A stretch of DNA of 64,000 bases, taken from positions 47,006 through 111,005 of the forward strand of contig CACJPV010000004.1 in the NCBI GenBank assembly GCA_902595425.1, given 5' to 3'. The position numbers and the translations under genes were made by a program. Position 1 is the first letter of the stretch; each line of letters opens with the position of its first letter. The notes under the pieces are model-generated. The model was not told the DNA's origin and made no database searches. It worked only from the letters and a program-made list of their open reading frames with translations. This DNA comes from an uncultured Alphaproteobacteria bacterium. Lineage in GTDB: Bacteria > Pseudomonadota > Alphaproteobacteria > HIMB59 > GCA-002718135. This document shows, piece by piece, positions 42,350 to 56,683 of this stretch.

Positions 42350-44115
42350 ATGAAACAAGAAATGACAGGTGCAGAAGTTGTATTGCAATCTCTTGTAGAT
42401 CAAGGGGTTGAGGTGGTTTTTGGATACCCGGGTGGTGCAGTATTACCAATTTATGATACTTTATTCAAACAAAACTCCATAAAACATGTTTTAGTTCGTC
42501 AAGAGGGTGGTGCAATACATGCTGCTGAAGGTTATGCGCGCTCAACAGGTAAAGTTGGTGTAGTATTAGTTACTTCAGGCCCTGGTGCAACAAATGTTGT
42601 CACAGGTCTTACAGATGCAATGATGGATAGTATTCCAATTGTTTGTATTACTGGTCAAGTACCTCAACATTTAATTGGTAGCGATGCATTTCAAGAATGT
42701 GATACAACTGGAATTACAAGACCTTGCACAAAACACAATTATCTAGTTAAAGATCCAAATAAATTATCACCTGTGTTTCATGAGGCATTTACTATTGCTC
42801 AAGACGGTAGACCGGGTCCTGTTTTAATTGATATTCCTAAAGATGTTCAATTTGCAAAAGGTAATTATGTAGAAAAAGAAAAAATAATAATTCCGTCGCA
42901 TAGATTATTTGAGCCGGAAATTTTTAAAAATGATGATAAAATCAATGAAGTTGTTGATTTAATTTCAAAAGCAAAGAAACCAATATTTTATATTGGTGGA
43001 GGATGTATTAATTCTGGGCCAAAAGCATCTAAGTTAGTATCTCAGTTTGTTGAAATAACAGGTGCTCCAGCAACTATGACGTTAATGGGTCTTGGAGTAA
43101 TTGGTTCATCACACCCAAATTCTCTTGGTATGCTTGGGATGCATGGAATGTATGAAGCAAACATGGCAATGCATGAATGTGATGTAATGATTAATATTGG
43201 AGCACGCTTTGATGACAGGGTAACAGGAAGATTAGATGCCTTTTCACCAAATTCTAAAAAAATCCATATCGACATTGATGAAAGTAATATTAATAAGACA
43301 ATTAAAGTTGATGTTCCAGTAGTTGGAGATGTAACTAATGTATTAAATAAATTGATCCAAACTTGGCAAGAAAGAAAATTAACAACTAATTCATCTGATT
43401 TAAAATTATGGTGGAATAAAATCAATACATGGAAAAAAATTGATTGTTTAAATTTTTCTAATGATGAAAAAGAAATTAAACCTCAATATGCAATACAAAG
43501 ATTGTATGAGTTAACAAAAGATAAAAAAACTTTCATTACTACTGAAGTTGGTCAACATCAAATGTGGGCTGCTCAATTTTATAAATTTGAAAAACCTAAC
43601 AGATGGTTAACATCTGGTGGCTTAGGCACTATGGGATATGGTTTTCCTGCAGCTATTGGAGCACAGGTAGCAAATCCTAATGCATTAGTAATAGATATCG
43701 CTGGTGATGCGTCGATATTAATGAATATTCAAGAGATGAGCACAGCTGTACAATATAGGTTGCCAGTAAAAATATTCATTCTGAATAATGAGTATATGGG
43801 AATGGTAAGGCAGTGGCAGGAACTTTTACATGGAGGTCGGTACTCTGAGAGTTATACTGATAGTTTGCCCGATTTTGTAAAGTTAGCTGAGAGTTATAAA
43901 GCAGTTGGTCTAAGGGCAAAAAAACCAGAAGAATTAGACGACGTGATTAATGAAATGATTAACACTGATAAAACTGTAATTGCAGATATCTGGGTTAGTA
44001 AGGAAGAAAACTGCTTTCCTATGATCCAAAGTGGGTCAGCTCATAATGAAATGGTCTTAAGCAAGGATCAAAAACAAGATGAAAGTTCAGCAGAGAAAGG
44101 CAAAATTTTAGTTTA

Positions 44116-44116
<1 letters not shown>
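42350..44116 (+). CDS. ilvB: Acetolactate synthase large subunit
   Basis: ThDP enzyme; GYPGGAVLPIYD, GLGTMGYGFPAAIGAQ. ATG 42350 preferred over the track's TTG 42344. Followed by the small subunit. Confidence 0.93.
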
Positions 44117-45677
<1,561 letters not shown>

Positions 45678-45750
45678 AAATTACATATAATCTTTGATTA
45701 ACTAGTCATTAATTTAAAAAAATGAAGTAATAGTGTATAGGCTATAAAAT

Positions 45751-47307
45751 ATGAGTGATAGAGTATATATTTTTGATACAACATTAAGAGATGGAGAGCA
45801 ATCTCCAGGAGCAACAATGAATCTTGATGAAAAGATGCAAATTGCTCAACTCTTGGAAGAGATGCAAGTTGATATAATTGAAGCAGGTTTTCCAATTGCT
45901 TCAAATGGAGATTTCGAAGCAGTATCAGAAATAAGTAAAAATATTAAAAACTCAACTATAGCGGGGTTAGCTAGAGCAAAACTTGCTGACATAGATCGTG
46001 CATGGGAGGCCGTTAAATACGCAAAGTCTCCAAGAATACATACATTCATTGCCACTAGTCCAATTCATATGAAATATAAATTGATGAAAACTGAGGAAGA
46101 GGTTTTAGATTCAATTAAACAAACAGTAACGCATGCAAGAAACTTATGTGATAATATTGAGTGGAGTTGTGAAGATGGAGGAAGATCTAATTTAGAATTT
46201 TTATATAAATGTATTGAACTTGCTATTTCGTCGGGTGCATCAACTATCAATATTCCTGATACTGTTGGTTTTACTTTGCCATCTGAATTTGGATCTATCT
46301 TTAAATCTGTGAAAAATAATGTGCCAAATATTGATAAAGCTATTTTATCAACCCATACTCATAATGATTTGGGATTAGCAGTAGCAAATAGTATTGCCGC
46401 AATACAAGAAGGCGCTCGTCAAGTTGAGTGTACTATAAATGGATTAGGTGAGAGAGCTGGGAATGCTGCTCTTGAAGAAGTAGTCATGACATTAAAAGTA
46501 AAAAAAGATTTAGTGCCATTTCATACAAATGTTAAATCTGAATATATTACTAAAGCCTCAAGACTTGTTTCATCAATTACTGGATTTAGTGTTCAACCAA
46601 ATAAAGCTATTGTTGGAGCTAATGCTTTTGCACATGAAGCAGGTATTCATCAAGATGGTATGTTAAAAAATGCTGAAACGTATGAAATAATGACCCCTGA
46701 GTCTGTAGGTTTAAACAAATCTTCTTTAGTTTTAGGAAAACACTCAGGAAAACATGCTTTCTCAGAAAAGCTAAAAGAGTTAGGTTATGATTTTGGTGAC
46801 AATACTCTTATGGAACTTTTTGGAAGATTTAAAGATTTGGCAGACAAGAAAAAAGAAATATTTGAAGAAGATTTAATCGCTTTAGCGGGGGAAAGATCTT
46901 TGATATATGATGAACACATTAAATTTGTATCACTAGAAGTTAATGCAGGATCCTTATCTAAACATAAAGCCAGCTTAAATCTAATTATGAATAATGATAA
47001 GTTATCAAATATAAGTGAAGGCAATGGACCGGTTGATGCTACTTTTAATGCTATAAAAGAAATCACTAAAACAGATTTTCGTTTAAAGCTGTATCAAGTA
47101 CATGCAATTACTGCTGGCACAGATGCGCAAGGTGAAGTCACTGTTCGTCTTGAAGATGATGATTTGTCGTCACAGGCAAAAGGTAGCGATCCTGATATTA
47201 TAGTGGCTTCAGCTAAGGCATACATAAGTGCTTTAAACAGATTGTTATTTAAAAAAACTAAGTCTATTGTAAAAAAATCTGCCGAAATCAAAATAGAAGG
47301 GGTATAA
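45751..47307 (+). CDS. leuA: 2-isopropylmalate synthase
   Basis: 518 aa; IFDTTLRDGEQSPG and HTHNDLGLAVANS motifs; C-terminal LeuA dimerisation/regulatory domain. Confidence 0.95.
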   Translation: MSDRVYIFDTTLRDGEQSPGATMNLDEKMQIAQLLEEMQVDIIEAGFPIASNGDFEAVSEISKNIKNSTIAGLARAKLADIDRAWEAVKYAKSPRIHTFIATSPIHMKYKLMKTEEEVLDSIKQTVTHARNLCDNIEWSCEDGGRSNLEFLYKCIELAISSGASTINIPDTVGFTLPSEFGSIFKSVKNNVPNIDKAILSTHTHNDLGLAVANSIAAIQEGARQVECTINGLGERAGNAALEEVVMTLKVKKDLVPFHTNVKSEYITKASRLVSSITGFSVQPNKAIVGANAFAHEAGIHQDGMLKNAETYEIMTPESVGLNKSSLVLGKHSGKHAFSEKLKELGYDFGDNTLMELFGRFKDLADKKKEIFEEDLIALAGERSLIYDEHIKFVSLEVNAGSLSKHKASLNLIMNNDKLSNISEGNGPVDATFNAIKEITKTDFRLKLYQVHAITAGTDAQGEVTVRLEDDDLSSQAKGSDPDIIVASAKAYISALNRLLFKKTKSIVKKSAEIKIEGV

Positions 47308-48351
<1,044 letters not shown>

Positions 48352-48356
48352 TTTTT

Positions 48357-49178
48357 ATGGCTCTATCCTTTAAAGTAAAAGCGTTATCTAGATCTAAAGT
48401 TTTAAAAAATATATTTTTATCATCTATTTTTCTATTATCTTTTTTATTAATTTTATTTTCAAAATCTGATTATTTTATTGTTAATAAAATTAAAACTATT
48501 TCTAATACTTTTTTTCATCCTATTACATCTTTTATAGTTGCTCCTGTTAAGTTAGCAAATAATTTACAAAATCAATTTTATCAGTTTAGAAATTTAAAAT
48601 TTGAAAATAACATTCTTAAAGAAGAAATAATGCGATTAAAAAAATGGCAAGCTTTGGCAGTTCATAATACTTCTGAAAATAGAGTATTAAAAAGACTTCT
48701 TAATGCTACTGATAATAGCATCTCATTAGTTAAAACTGCATCTCTAGTTAGTAGAAATGATTTCATGTATAATAAAATGATTAACATTAATGCTGGAATT
48801 AAAGATGGTGTTATAAATAATATGGCAGTTGTGAACCACAGAGGTCTTGTTGGTAGAACTGTTGATACATCAATAACAAATTCAAGAGTATTATTATTAA
48901 CTGATCCAAACTCATCGATTGCTGTAAAAACAATATCCAATGATAATAACTCTCTTCTTCAAGGTGCTGATGACGGTGTTCATTTAATTAGTTCTTTTAG
49001 TAAAACTGAAATTAAACCTAAAGTCGGAGACTTAGTTGTTACAAGTGGAAATGCACAAGTATTTCCTACAAATATTTTGGTAGGTAAGATTGTTAAACTA
49101 ACAAAAAATAATTTTTATGTATTACCTTTTGTTGATTTTAAAAACATTGACTATGTGCAAGTTATCGAAACTAAATAA
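48357..49178 (+). CDS. mreC: Rod shape-determining protein MreC
   Basis: 273 aa; N-terminal TM, coiled-coil segment, C-terminal beta-rich domain (GLVGRTV...); position after mreB. Confidence 0.8.
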   Translation: MALSFKVKALSRSKVLKNIFLSSIFLLSFLLILFSKSDYFIVNKIKTISNTFFHPITSFIVAPVKLANNLQNQFYQFRNLKFENNILKEEIMRLKKWQALAVHNTSENRVLKRLLNATDNSISLVKTASLVSRNDFMYNKMININAGIKDGVINNMAVVNHRGLVGRTVDTSITNSRVLLLTDPNSSIAVKTISNDNNSLLQGADDGVHLISSFSKTEIKPKVGDLVVTSGNAQVFPTNILVGKIVKLTKNNFYVLPFVDFKNIDYVQVIETK

Positions 49179-49666
49179 TGCTTTCCAAGCTACTTAGTAG
49201 TCAAATCTTAATTTACAATTGTATTTTATTTTTTTCATTCTCATTAAGTGTTAATTATTTTGTTGACTTTGATATATTAAATTACATAGCATATGTTTTA
49301 TTCCATTTAACTTTAGTCTATTTAATATTTTATTATTTTAATTTTTATCTTATTTTTTTATCTTTTTTATATGGTATATTTTTTGATGTTTTTTTAATTA
49401 ATAATATTTCACCACATTTAATTTCTTTTTTATTCTTTGTAGTTTTATTTTATTTTACAAAAAAATATTTATTAAATTTATCATCAAATAAAGTTTTTTT
49501 TCTTATGATTGTTATAACATTAATCATGTTTTTTTCTGAGGCAATTTTTGCGAACTTACAATTTAACTATCCTATCAATTTTGAAAACTTATTCAGGTTA
49601 TTTGTTACTACTATTATTCTGTTCTTTCCATCTTTATTAATTTTTTCTAAAATAGATAAATTATAA
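49178..49666 (+). CDS. mreD: Rod shape-determining protein MreD
   Basis: 162 aa polytopic membrane protein directly after mreC. Called by topology and position. Confidence 0.65.
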   Translation: MLSKLLSSQILIYNCILFFSFSLSVNYFVDFDILNYIAYVLFHLTLVYLIFYYFNFYLIFLSFLYGIFFDVFLINNISPHLISFLFFVVLFYFTKKYLLNLSSNKVFFLMIVITLIMFFSEAIFANLQFNYPINFENLFRLFVTTIILFFPSLLIFSKIDKL

Positions 49667-51465
49667 TGTTTTATTCTGAACAAAAAAAGCAGATAAGTAC
49701 ATATAACAGGCGAACATTTTTTTTATTTTTTCTTAAACTTTCTTTATTTACTGCTGTTGGTTGGAGATTATATAATATTCAAATATTAGATTCTTCAAAA
49801 TACAAAACTTTATCAAAAAAAAATCAAATAGATCTTGAAATACTTTTTCCTGTTAGAGGTAAGATATTTGATAGAAATAAAATACTAATAGCAAATAATG
49901 AAAAAGTTTATGATCTTTACTTAATTCCTGAAAATACCAAATCTATAAACAATACACTAAACGATTTATCAAAATTTATAGATATTGATTTTGCTAAAAG
50001 AAGAAAAATTATTGAATTAAGTAATAAGGTAAAAAAATTTGAAAAAATAAAAATATTTGAAAATATTTCATGGACAACATTGGAAAAAATTGAGACAAAT
50101 AAGTATAAGCTTGAGGGAATTTTTATTTCTGAAGATTATTTAAGAATTTATCCATATAAAGAAGTTTTTTCTCATTTATTAGGCTACATCAACAAACCTA
50201 ATGAAAAGGAACTAGCTTTGCCCTTTATTTCAAAAATGCCTAATTTGGATATTGGAAAACAGGGATTAGAAAAGTCTTTTAATCCAGTTTTGATAGGTAA
50301 GGCTGGACAAAGAGAAATTGAGGTAAACTCAAATGGACGAATTATCAGAGAAATATCAAAAATAGACAGTGTAAAAGGCCAGCAGGTATTTCTCTCAATT
50401 GACGCAAGAATACAAGAATATGCCATAAATTTACTTCAATCACACAGAGCGGGTTCTATAAATGTAATTAATATTAAAACTGGAGAAATTTTATGTATGG
50501 CTTCAACACCTACATATGACCCAAACAAAATAATTAAAAAACCAAATACAGAGTATTGGGAAAGTATCTTATCAAATACTTTGTCTCCATTAACTAATAG
50601 AAGTATTCAAGGTCTATATGCTCCAGGGTCTACCTTTAAAATGATTGTTGCAATTGCTGCTCTCAAATATGGAATAATTAATGATGCTTCCACCCATTCT
50701 TGTACTGGAAAAATAGAATTTGGGGACAGAATTTATCATTGCTGGAAAACAAATGGTCATGGGAAAATGGATGTTACAAATGCAATAAAAGAGTCATGTG
50801 ATGTATTTTTTTATGAAATTTCAAAAAAGTTAGGAATAGATAAAATTGCTGAAGTTGCAGAAGATTTTGGGTTAGGAAAAATATTTGATATTTCGATGTC
50901 TAATCAAAAAAAAGGGATAGTACCTACAAAAAAATGGAAAAAAACTACACTAGGTGAAAGTTGGTATGCTGGAGAAACATTAATATCAGGTATTGGGCAA
51001 GGTTTTGTTTTAACAAATCCCTTTCAACTTGCTGTGATGACATCTATCATAGCATCAAATGGAAAAATCATTGAACCATCAATACTAAAAAGAGACAAAA
51101 TAAATTTTAAAACGAATGAAAAGTATTCAAAAGAAATAAATATAATTAAAAAAGCGATGTTCAAAGTTGTCAATGAAAATAAAGGGACTGCTTTTAAATC
51201 ACGAATAGACGATATTAAGTTTGCTGGTAAGACTGGCACATCGCAGGTTAGAAGAATCTCTATATCTGAGAGAGAAAGTGATGATTTTAGAAAGAAAGAA
51301 CAGGAATGGAAAAATAGAGATCATGCTCTATTTGTGGGTTATATTCCATATGATGATCCTCAATATGCTATTTCTGTCATAATTGAGCATGGTGGATCAG
51401 GAGCCTCAACAGCAGCACCAATTGCAAAACAAATTTTTAATTACATAAATAAATTAGATATATGA
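49666..51465 (+). CDS. mrdA: Peptidoglycan D,D-transpeptidase MrdA (PBP2)
   Basis: 599 aa; TM anchor; motifs STFK, SCD, KTGT; located between mreD and rodA. Confidence 0.9.
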   Translation: MFYSEQKKQISTYNRRTFFLFFLKLSLFTAVGWRLYNIQILDSSKYKTLSKKNQIDLEILFPVRGKIFDRNKILIANNEKVYDLYLIPENTKSINNTLNDLSKFIDIDFAKRRKIIELSNKVKKFEKIKIFENISWTTLEKIETNKYKLEGIFISEDYLRIYPYKEVFSHLLGYINKPNEKELALPFISKMPNLDIGKQGLEKSFNPVLIGKAGQREIEVNSNGRIIREISKIDSVKGQQVFLSIDARIQEYAINLLQSHRAGSINVINIKTGEILCMASTPTYDPNKIIKKPNTEYWESILSNTLSPLTNRSIQGLYAPGSTFKMIVAIAALKYGIINDASTHSCTGKIEFGDRIYHCWKTNGHGKMDVTNAIKESCDVFFYEISKKLGIDKIAEVAEDFGLGKIFDISMSNQKKGIVPTKKWKKTTLGESWYAGETLISGIGQGFVLTNPFQLAVMTSIIASNGKIIEPSILKRDKINFKTNEKYSKEINIIKKAMFKVVNENKGTAFKSRIDDIKFAGKTGTSQVRRISISERESDDFRKKEQEWKNRDHALFVGYIPYDDPQYAISVIIEHGGSGASTAAPIAKQIFNYINKLDI

Positions 51466-52562
51466 TTTTTAGTAAAATTAGAAATTTAAATTATTTATTA
51501 ATTTTCTTACTTATACTTTTATCATTTATTGGTGCTGCAGGCTTGTACTCAGCAGCGGATGGCTCTTATAATCCTTGGGCGTCAAAACATTTAATAAGGT
51601 TTTATTTCTTTCTTATTATGTCAATAATTATCAGTTTAATTGATATTAAGCTTATCTATAAATATTCCTATTTCCTATTTATTTTAAGTGTGTTATTGTT
51701 GTTTTCAGTTGAGATAATTGGGGTTCTCGGAAAAGGAGCTACTAGGTGGATTAAAATATTAGGTTTTAGTATTCAGCCATCTGAGTTAGTAAAAATTACA
51801 ATAATATTAGCCTTAGCTAAATTTTATCATGATATAAAGTTCGAAAATATTAAAAAAATTAGTTTTTTATTTTTTCCATTTTTAATTTTAATAATCCCAT
51901 TTGTATTTGTAGTTATTCAACCTGATTTAGGTACTTCACTTAGCATAATTATACTTGGTGTTTTTATTCTTTTTTTAGCAGGAGTAAGAATATGGAAATT
52001 TCTATTTGGTTTAATTGCAACAGTTATCTCTATACCTATTTTTTTACAATATATTAAACCATATCAAAGAGATCGCATAGTTTCATTTCTTAATCCTGAA
52101 TCAGACCCTTTAGGACAAGGATACCAGTTGATTCAATCAAAAATTGCTTTAGGTTCAGGTGGAGCTACTGGAAAAGGTTTTCTAGAGGGAACTCAGTCTT
52201 ATCTTGAATATCTTCCAGAAAAGCAAACTGATTTTATTTTCACTCTTATTGGAGAGGAGTTTGGATTTCTTGGTACGATGTTTATTATTTTTATATTTAT
52301 TTTGTTAATAGCTGTTTGTTACTTTATTAGCATCAAATGTTTTCATACTTTCGGCCGTATCTTAGCTTTAGGAATTGCTTCAAATGTTTTTATTTATGTT
52401 TTTATGAATATTGCAATGGTATCAGGCTTAATGCCTGTTGTAGGAATTCCCTTGCCTCTTATTTCTTATGGAGGATCAGTTATGTTATCAATCATGATAT
52501 CCATGGGATTAGTGTTGAATGTTGAATTAAATTATAATTTGAAAAAATTAAATAATGCTTAA
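51462..52562 (+). CDS. rodA: SEDS-family peptidoglycan glycosyltransferase RodA
   Basis: 366 aa; IQPSELVKI, IQPDLGT, TDFIFTL, LPLISYGGS motifs. Confidence 0.9.
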   Translation: MIFSKIRNLNYLLIFLLILLSFIGAAGLYSAADGSYNPWASKHLIRFYFFLIMSIIISLIDIKLIYKYSYFLFILSVLLLFSVEIIGVLGKGATRWIKILGFSIQPSELVKITIILALAKFYHDIKFENIKKISFLFFPFLILIIPFVFVVIQPDLGTSLSIIILGVFILFLAGVRIWKFLFGLIATVISIPIFLQYIKPYQRDRIVSFLNPESDPLGQGYQLIQSKIALGSGGATGKGFLEGTQSYLEYLPEKQTDFIFTLIGEEFGFLGTMFIIFIFILLIAVCYFISIKCFHTFGRILALGIASNVFIYVFMNIAMVSGLMPVVGIPLPLISYGGSVMLSIMISMGLVLNVELNYNLKKLNNA

Positions 52563-53325
52563 AATTACAAATCTAAATAAAAGTTTCGGTGGGTTAAAGG
52601 CAGTTAATAACGTAAAGCTTGAAGTTAAAAAGGGTTCTATTACAGGATTGATAGGTCCAAATGGGGCAGGAAAAACAACTCTTTTTAATACAATAGCAGG
52701 TTTGTATGCGCCTGAAAATGGTGAAATTTATCTTGAAGAAAAAAATATAACAGGATTAAAACCTCATGAATTATTTAAGATGGGTGTTTTGAGAACTTTT
52801 CAAATTGCTCATGAGTTTTCGTCTCTTACAGTTTTAGAAAACTTAATGATGGTTCCTGGAAATCAACAAGGCGAACAACTATTTTATGCATTGTTTTCGG
52901 ATCATGAAGTAAAAAAACAAGAAGAAGAAATTAGAGAAAAAGCAATTGAAGTTATTGAATTTTTAAACCTAAAACATTTAACACAAGAAATTGCTGGAAA
53001 TCTATCTGGTGGTCAAAAAAAATTATTGGAATTAGGAAGAACAATGATGGTGGAAGCAAATTTAGTTTTATTAGATGAAGTTGGCGCGGGGGTAAATAGA
53101 ACATTATTAAATGAAATTTCTGATGCAATTTTAAGACTTAATAAAGAGAGAAATTATACATTTTTTGTCATTGAGCATGATATGGATTTAATAGAAAAAA
53201 TTTGTGATCCTGTAATAGTTATGGCAGAAGGAGGCGTTTTATTTGAAGGTAAGTTTTCTAAAGTAAAGTCAAATGAAGAAGTTATTGAAGCCTATCTTGG
53301 TAGAGGAATAAAAAATAAAAAATGA
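52555..53325 (+). CDS. livG: Branched-chain amino acid ABC transporter ATP-binding protein (LivG type)
   Basis: 256 aa; Walker A GPNGAGKTT, signature LSGGQKKLLELG, Walker B LVLLDEVGAG, C-terminal EAYLG. Confidence 0.85.
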   Translation: MLKITNLNKSFGGLKAVNNVKLEVKKGSITGLIGPNGAGKTTLFNTIAGLYAPENGEIYLEEKNITGLKPHELFKMGVLRTFQIAHEFSSLTVLENLMMVPGNQQGEQLFYALFSDHEVKKQEEEIREKAIEVIEFLNLKHLTQEIAGNLSGGQKKLLELGRTMMVEANLVLLDEVGAGVNRTLLNEISDAILRLNKERNYTFFVIEHDMDLIEKICDPVIVMAEGGVLFEGKFSKVKSNEEVIEAYLGRGIKNKK

Positions 53326-54026
53326 TTAGTCTTGTTGGTAAAAATTTAACAGCTGGATATGGCGGGGTTGATATTATTAAAAATATTAATTTGGAGATAA
53401 AACAGGGTGAAATTGCTGTTATTGTTGGACCCAATGGAGCTGGTAAATCAACTGCAATGAAAGCATTGTTAGGAATGTTAAAATTAACTGATGGTGATGT
53501 GACTTTTGCTCAAGATGATATCACTTCCATGCTCCCTCAAGATAGAGTTAATTTAGGTATAGCATTTGTTCCTCAGACTCAAAATGTTTTTACAGGAATG
53601 AGCGTTGAAGAAAATTTAGAGATGGGAGGATTTATTAGATCTGATAATATACGTTTAACTATCGAGGATATTTATAATCTTTTTCCAATTTTGAAAGAAA
53701 AGAGAAATCAAAATGCTGGGGAGTTGTCAGGTGGTCAACGACAGCAAGTTGCCTTTGGTAGAGCTTTAATGACAAAACCTAAAATTTTGATGTTGGATGA
53801 ACCAACAGCTGGTGTCTCTCCTATTGTTATGGATGAATTATTTTCTAGAATTATTGAAGTTGGTAAAACTGGCGTTGGCATTCTTATGGTTGAGCAAAAC
53901 GCTAAACAAGCCCTCAATATCGCTGATAGAGGTTACGTTTTAGTTAATGGAAAAAATAGTAGAGAAGGCAGTGGGCAAGATTTACTAAATAATCCTGAAG
54001 TACGAAAATCATTTTTGGGAGGATAA
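53322..54026 (+). CDS. livF: Branched-chain amino acid ABC transporter ATP-binding protein (LivF type)
   Basis: 234 aa; GPNGAGKST, LSGGQRQQVAFG, MLDEPTAG. Confidence 0.85.
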   Translation: MISLVGKNLTAGYGGVDIIKNINLEIKQGEIAVIVGPNGAGKSTAMKALLGMLKLTDGDVTFAQDDITSMLPQDRVNLGIAFVPQTQNVFTGMSVEENLEMGGFIRSDNIRLTIEDIYNLFPILKEKRNQNAGELSGGQRQQVAFGRALMTKPKILMLDEPTAGVSPIVMDELFSRIIEVGKTGVGILMVEQNAKQALNIADRGYVLVNGKNSREGSGQDLLNNPEVRKSFLGG

Positions 54027-54027
54027 A

Positions 54028-55041
54028 GTGATTGATATAATTAACGCCATAGTAGTTCTTTTAAATTTTGTAATTATTCCGGGTTTATCTTATGGGTCTC
54101 AATTAGCATTAGGGGCTTTAGGTGTTACTTTCGTATATGCAGTGTTAAGATTTGCTAACTTTGCGCACGGTGAACTTATGTCGTTTGGAGCTATGATTAC
54201 GATTTTATTTACTTGGTTTTTTCAATCTCAAAATATTGGATTAGGTATACTTCCCACAGCATTAATAGCATTGCCATTTGGTATCTTAGCGACAATTATA
54301 TTAGGTTTGCTCTCTGATAAATTTGTGTTTAAATATTATAGATCACAAAAGAGTGTTCCAGTTGTATTAGCCATGGTTTCTATTGGAGTCATGTTTGTAG
54401 TTAATGCTATTATTAGGATTATTGTTGGTACAGAAACTATTAAGTTTTCAGATGGACAAAAATTCATCATGAAAGCAAAACAATTTAAAGCAATGACAGG
54501 TTTAAATGAAGGACTAGCTCTCAAATCTTCACAGGTGATTACAATACTTATTACAATTTTACTTTTAACTTTTACGTTCTGGTTTTTACAAAAAACGAAA
54601 ACGGGAAAATCCATGAGAGCTTTTTCTGATAATGAAGACTTAGCACTACTATCTGGGATTAACCCTGATCGTGTTGTTTTTATTACTTGGTTAATTGTTG
54701 GTACATTAGCGTGTGTAGCAGGAACATTATATGGTTTGGACAAAAGTTATAAGCCCATCATTTATTTAAATCTGGTGTTGCCCGTTTTTGCCTCAGCTAT
54801 TGTAGGAGGGATAGGCAGTCCTTTTGGAGCAGTAGTGGGTGGATATGTGATTGCTTTTTCAGAAATTATGGTTACCTATGCATATAAAAAATTCTTAAAG
54901 TATTTATTGCCAGAAAACCTAGAACCATCAAGCCTAGTACAATTACTCTCTACTGATTATAAATTTGCTGTCTCCTTTACTATTTTAGTAATTGTTCTTT
55001 TGATTAGACCATCAGGTATCTTTAGAGGAAAGGTTCTATAA
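54028..55041 (+). CDS. livH: Branched-chain amino acid ABC transporter permease (LivH type)
   Basis: 337 aa polytopic; GTG start 5 nt after GGAGG. Confidence 0.85.
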   Translation: MIDIINAIVVLLNFVIIPGLSYGSQLALGALGVTFVYAVLRFANFAHGELMSFGAMITILFTWFFQSQNIGLGILPTALIALPFGILATIILGLLSDKFVFKYYRSQKSVPVVLAMVSIGVMFVVNAIIRIIVGTETIKFSDGQKFIMKAKQFKAMTGLNEGLALKSSQVITILITILLLTFTFWFLQKTKTGKSMRAFSDNEDLALLSGINPDRVVFITWLIVGTLACVAGTLYGLDKSYKPIIYLNLVLPVFASAIVGGIGSPFGAVVGGYVIAFSEIMVTYAYKKFLKYLLPENLEPSSLVQLLSTDYKFAVSFTILVIVLLIRPSGIFRGKVL

Positions 55042-56411
55042 TGAAGTTTGATAAGTACGAATGGACGGCAATATCTATTATGATTTCCTTATTTATTTTA
55101 GTTGGTTTTATTCAAGGCTGGTCAGTTAGTTTAGTAATTCTCAATATGTGTATTATTTCTGCTATCATGACCATGGGGGTTAATATTTCGTGGGGATATG
55201 CAGGTGTTATTAATTTTGGTGTTATGGGTTTTTTAGCAATGGGTGGTTTAGCAGCAGTGCTAGTATCTTATCCTCCAATCAAAGAAGCATGGCAAGTTGG
55301 AGGATCAGGGCTTGGAATTAGCTTTATTTTATTAATTGCACTTGTAACGGCAGTCTATTTCATAAGTAAAGTAGTTCAAAAAAAACCTCATAAATATTGG
55401 TTAAATGGAATAGTTATATTTTTTGGAATAATTATCATTAGGTACTTCTTCCTAAATGCAACTAATAGAATTGAAGAAATAGATCCTGCTTTAGCTGGTT
55501 TTTTAGGTGGAGCTAATTTACCGATCATATTTTCTTGGGTTGTAGGCGGGTTCTTTGCCGGTGGTGTTGCCTTTGTTATTGGAAAAGTAGCTCTTGGTTT
55601 ACGCTCAGATTATTTAGCAATCGTTACTCTTGGTATATCTGAAATTGTTGTTAGTGTTCTTAAACATGAAGAATGGTTATCAAGAGGAGTTAAAAATGTC
55701 ATTGGTCTTAAAAGACCTGTTCCTTATGAAATTAATCTCCAAACTTCTGATTGGTTTATTAATATGGTGGCTTGGTTTAATTCATCTAAATTAAATAACA
55801 TTACTAATATTGATCAAAGGCAAGAAGTTCTTAACAATTTAATAATTGATGGTTCTGGTTTATTTGTGAAGTTGAATTATGCCGTGTTGTTTTTTATGGT
55901 TATGATTGTTATTTATTATTTTGCCAATAAAGCACAAATATCTCCTTGGGGTCGTATGATGCGAGCTATTCGTGATAACGAAACCTCCGCAAATGCAATG
56001 GGCAAAGATATTGTTAAACAACACTTAATTATTTTTGTAATAGGAGCGGCAATTGTAGGCGTTGCAGGGGCGATGCTTGTTACATTAGATGGTTTATTCA
56101 CTCCATCTGGCTATCGTCCACTTCGTTTTACATTTATTATTTGGATTATGGTTATTGTTGGAGGTAGTGGTAATAATCTTGGTGCTATATTTGGTGGATT
56201 TGTTATTTGGTTTGCATGGATTGAAGTTGCACCTTTAACTACTTTTTTGATTGAAGTATTTACATCAAACATGGATCCTCAGAATGCTATTCGTTTGCAT
56301 TTATTAGATAGTGTTCCCTATTTTAGATATTTATTAATGGGGATGGTACTATTGCTTATTTTGCGATACCGTCCAAAAGGCATCATTCCAGAAAAAGTTA
56401 GGCATTCTTGA
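55041..56411 (+). CDS. livM: Branched-chain amino acid ABC transporter permease (LivM type)
   Basis: 456 aa polytopic; ATG overlaps the livH stop (TAATG). Confidence 0.8.
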   Translation: MKFDKYEWTAISIMISLFILVGFIQGWSVSLVILNMCIISAIMTMGVNISWGYAGVINFGVMGFLAMGGLAAVLVSYPPIKEAWQVGGSGLGISFILLIALVTAVYFISKVVQKKPHKYWLNGIVIFFGIIIIRYFFLNATNRIEEIDPALAGFLGGANLPIIFSWVVGGFFAGGVAFVIGKVALGLRSDYLAIVTLGISEIVVSVLKHEEWLSRGVKNVIGLKRPVPYEINLQTSDWFINMVAWFNSSKLNNITNIDQRQEVLNNLIIDGSGLFVKLNYAVLFFMVMIVIYYFANKAQISPWGRMMRAIRDNETSANAMGKDIVKQHLIIFVIGAAIVGVAGAMLVTLDGLFTPSGYRPLRFTFIIWIMVIVGGSGNNLGAIFGGFVIWFAWIEVAPLTTFLIEVFTSNMDPQNAIRLHLLDSVPYFRYLLMGMVLLLILRYRPKGIIPEKVRHS

Positions 56412-56650
56412 GCAAATTAATTTTTAACGAATACTTCCGTCTCCATCTATTGGGAAAGTTATTACCGTTATAAAAGGTGATTTTTTAAAGTATTGTAATT
56501 TAGTTGATTAAAAATTATTCTTAAATAAACATCACTGTTACAATCATGGCTATTATTTTATTCATTCATTTATAGAACAGCATATAAAATTCCATAACTC
56601 TTATCTAAGGAATATTTGATTTATTACATAAAATAAAGTTTTTTAATCAT

Positions 56651-56683
56651 AAAAAAACCCAGCTTAATAAGCTGGGTTTCTTA
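56651..56683. terminator. Bidirectional rho-independent terminator
   Basis: A-run, CCCAGC-TTAATAA-GCTGGG hairpin (56658..56676), then a T-run. Lies 25-30 nt downstream of the minus-strand binding-protein gene. Confidence 0.7.
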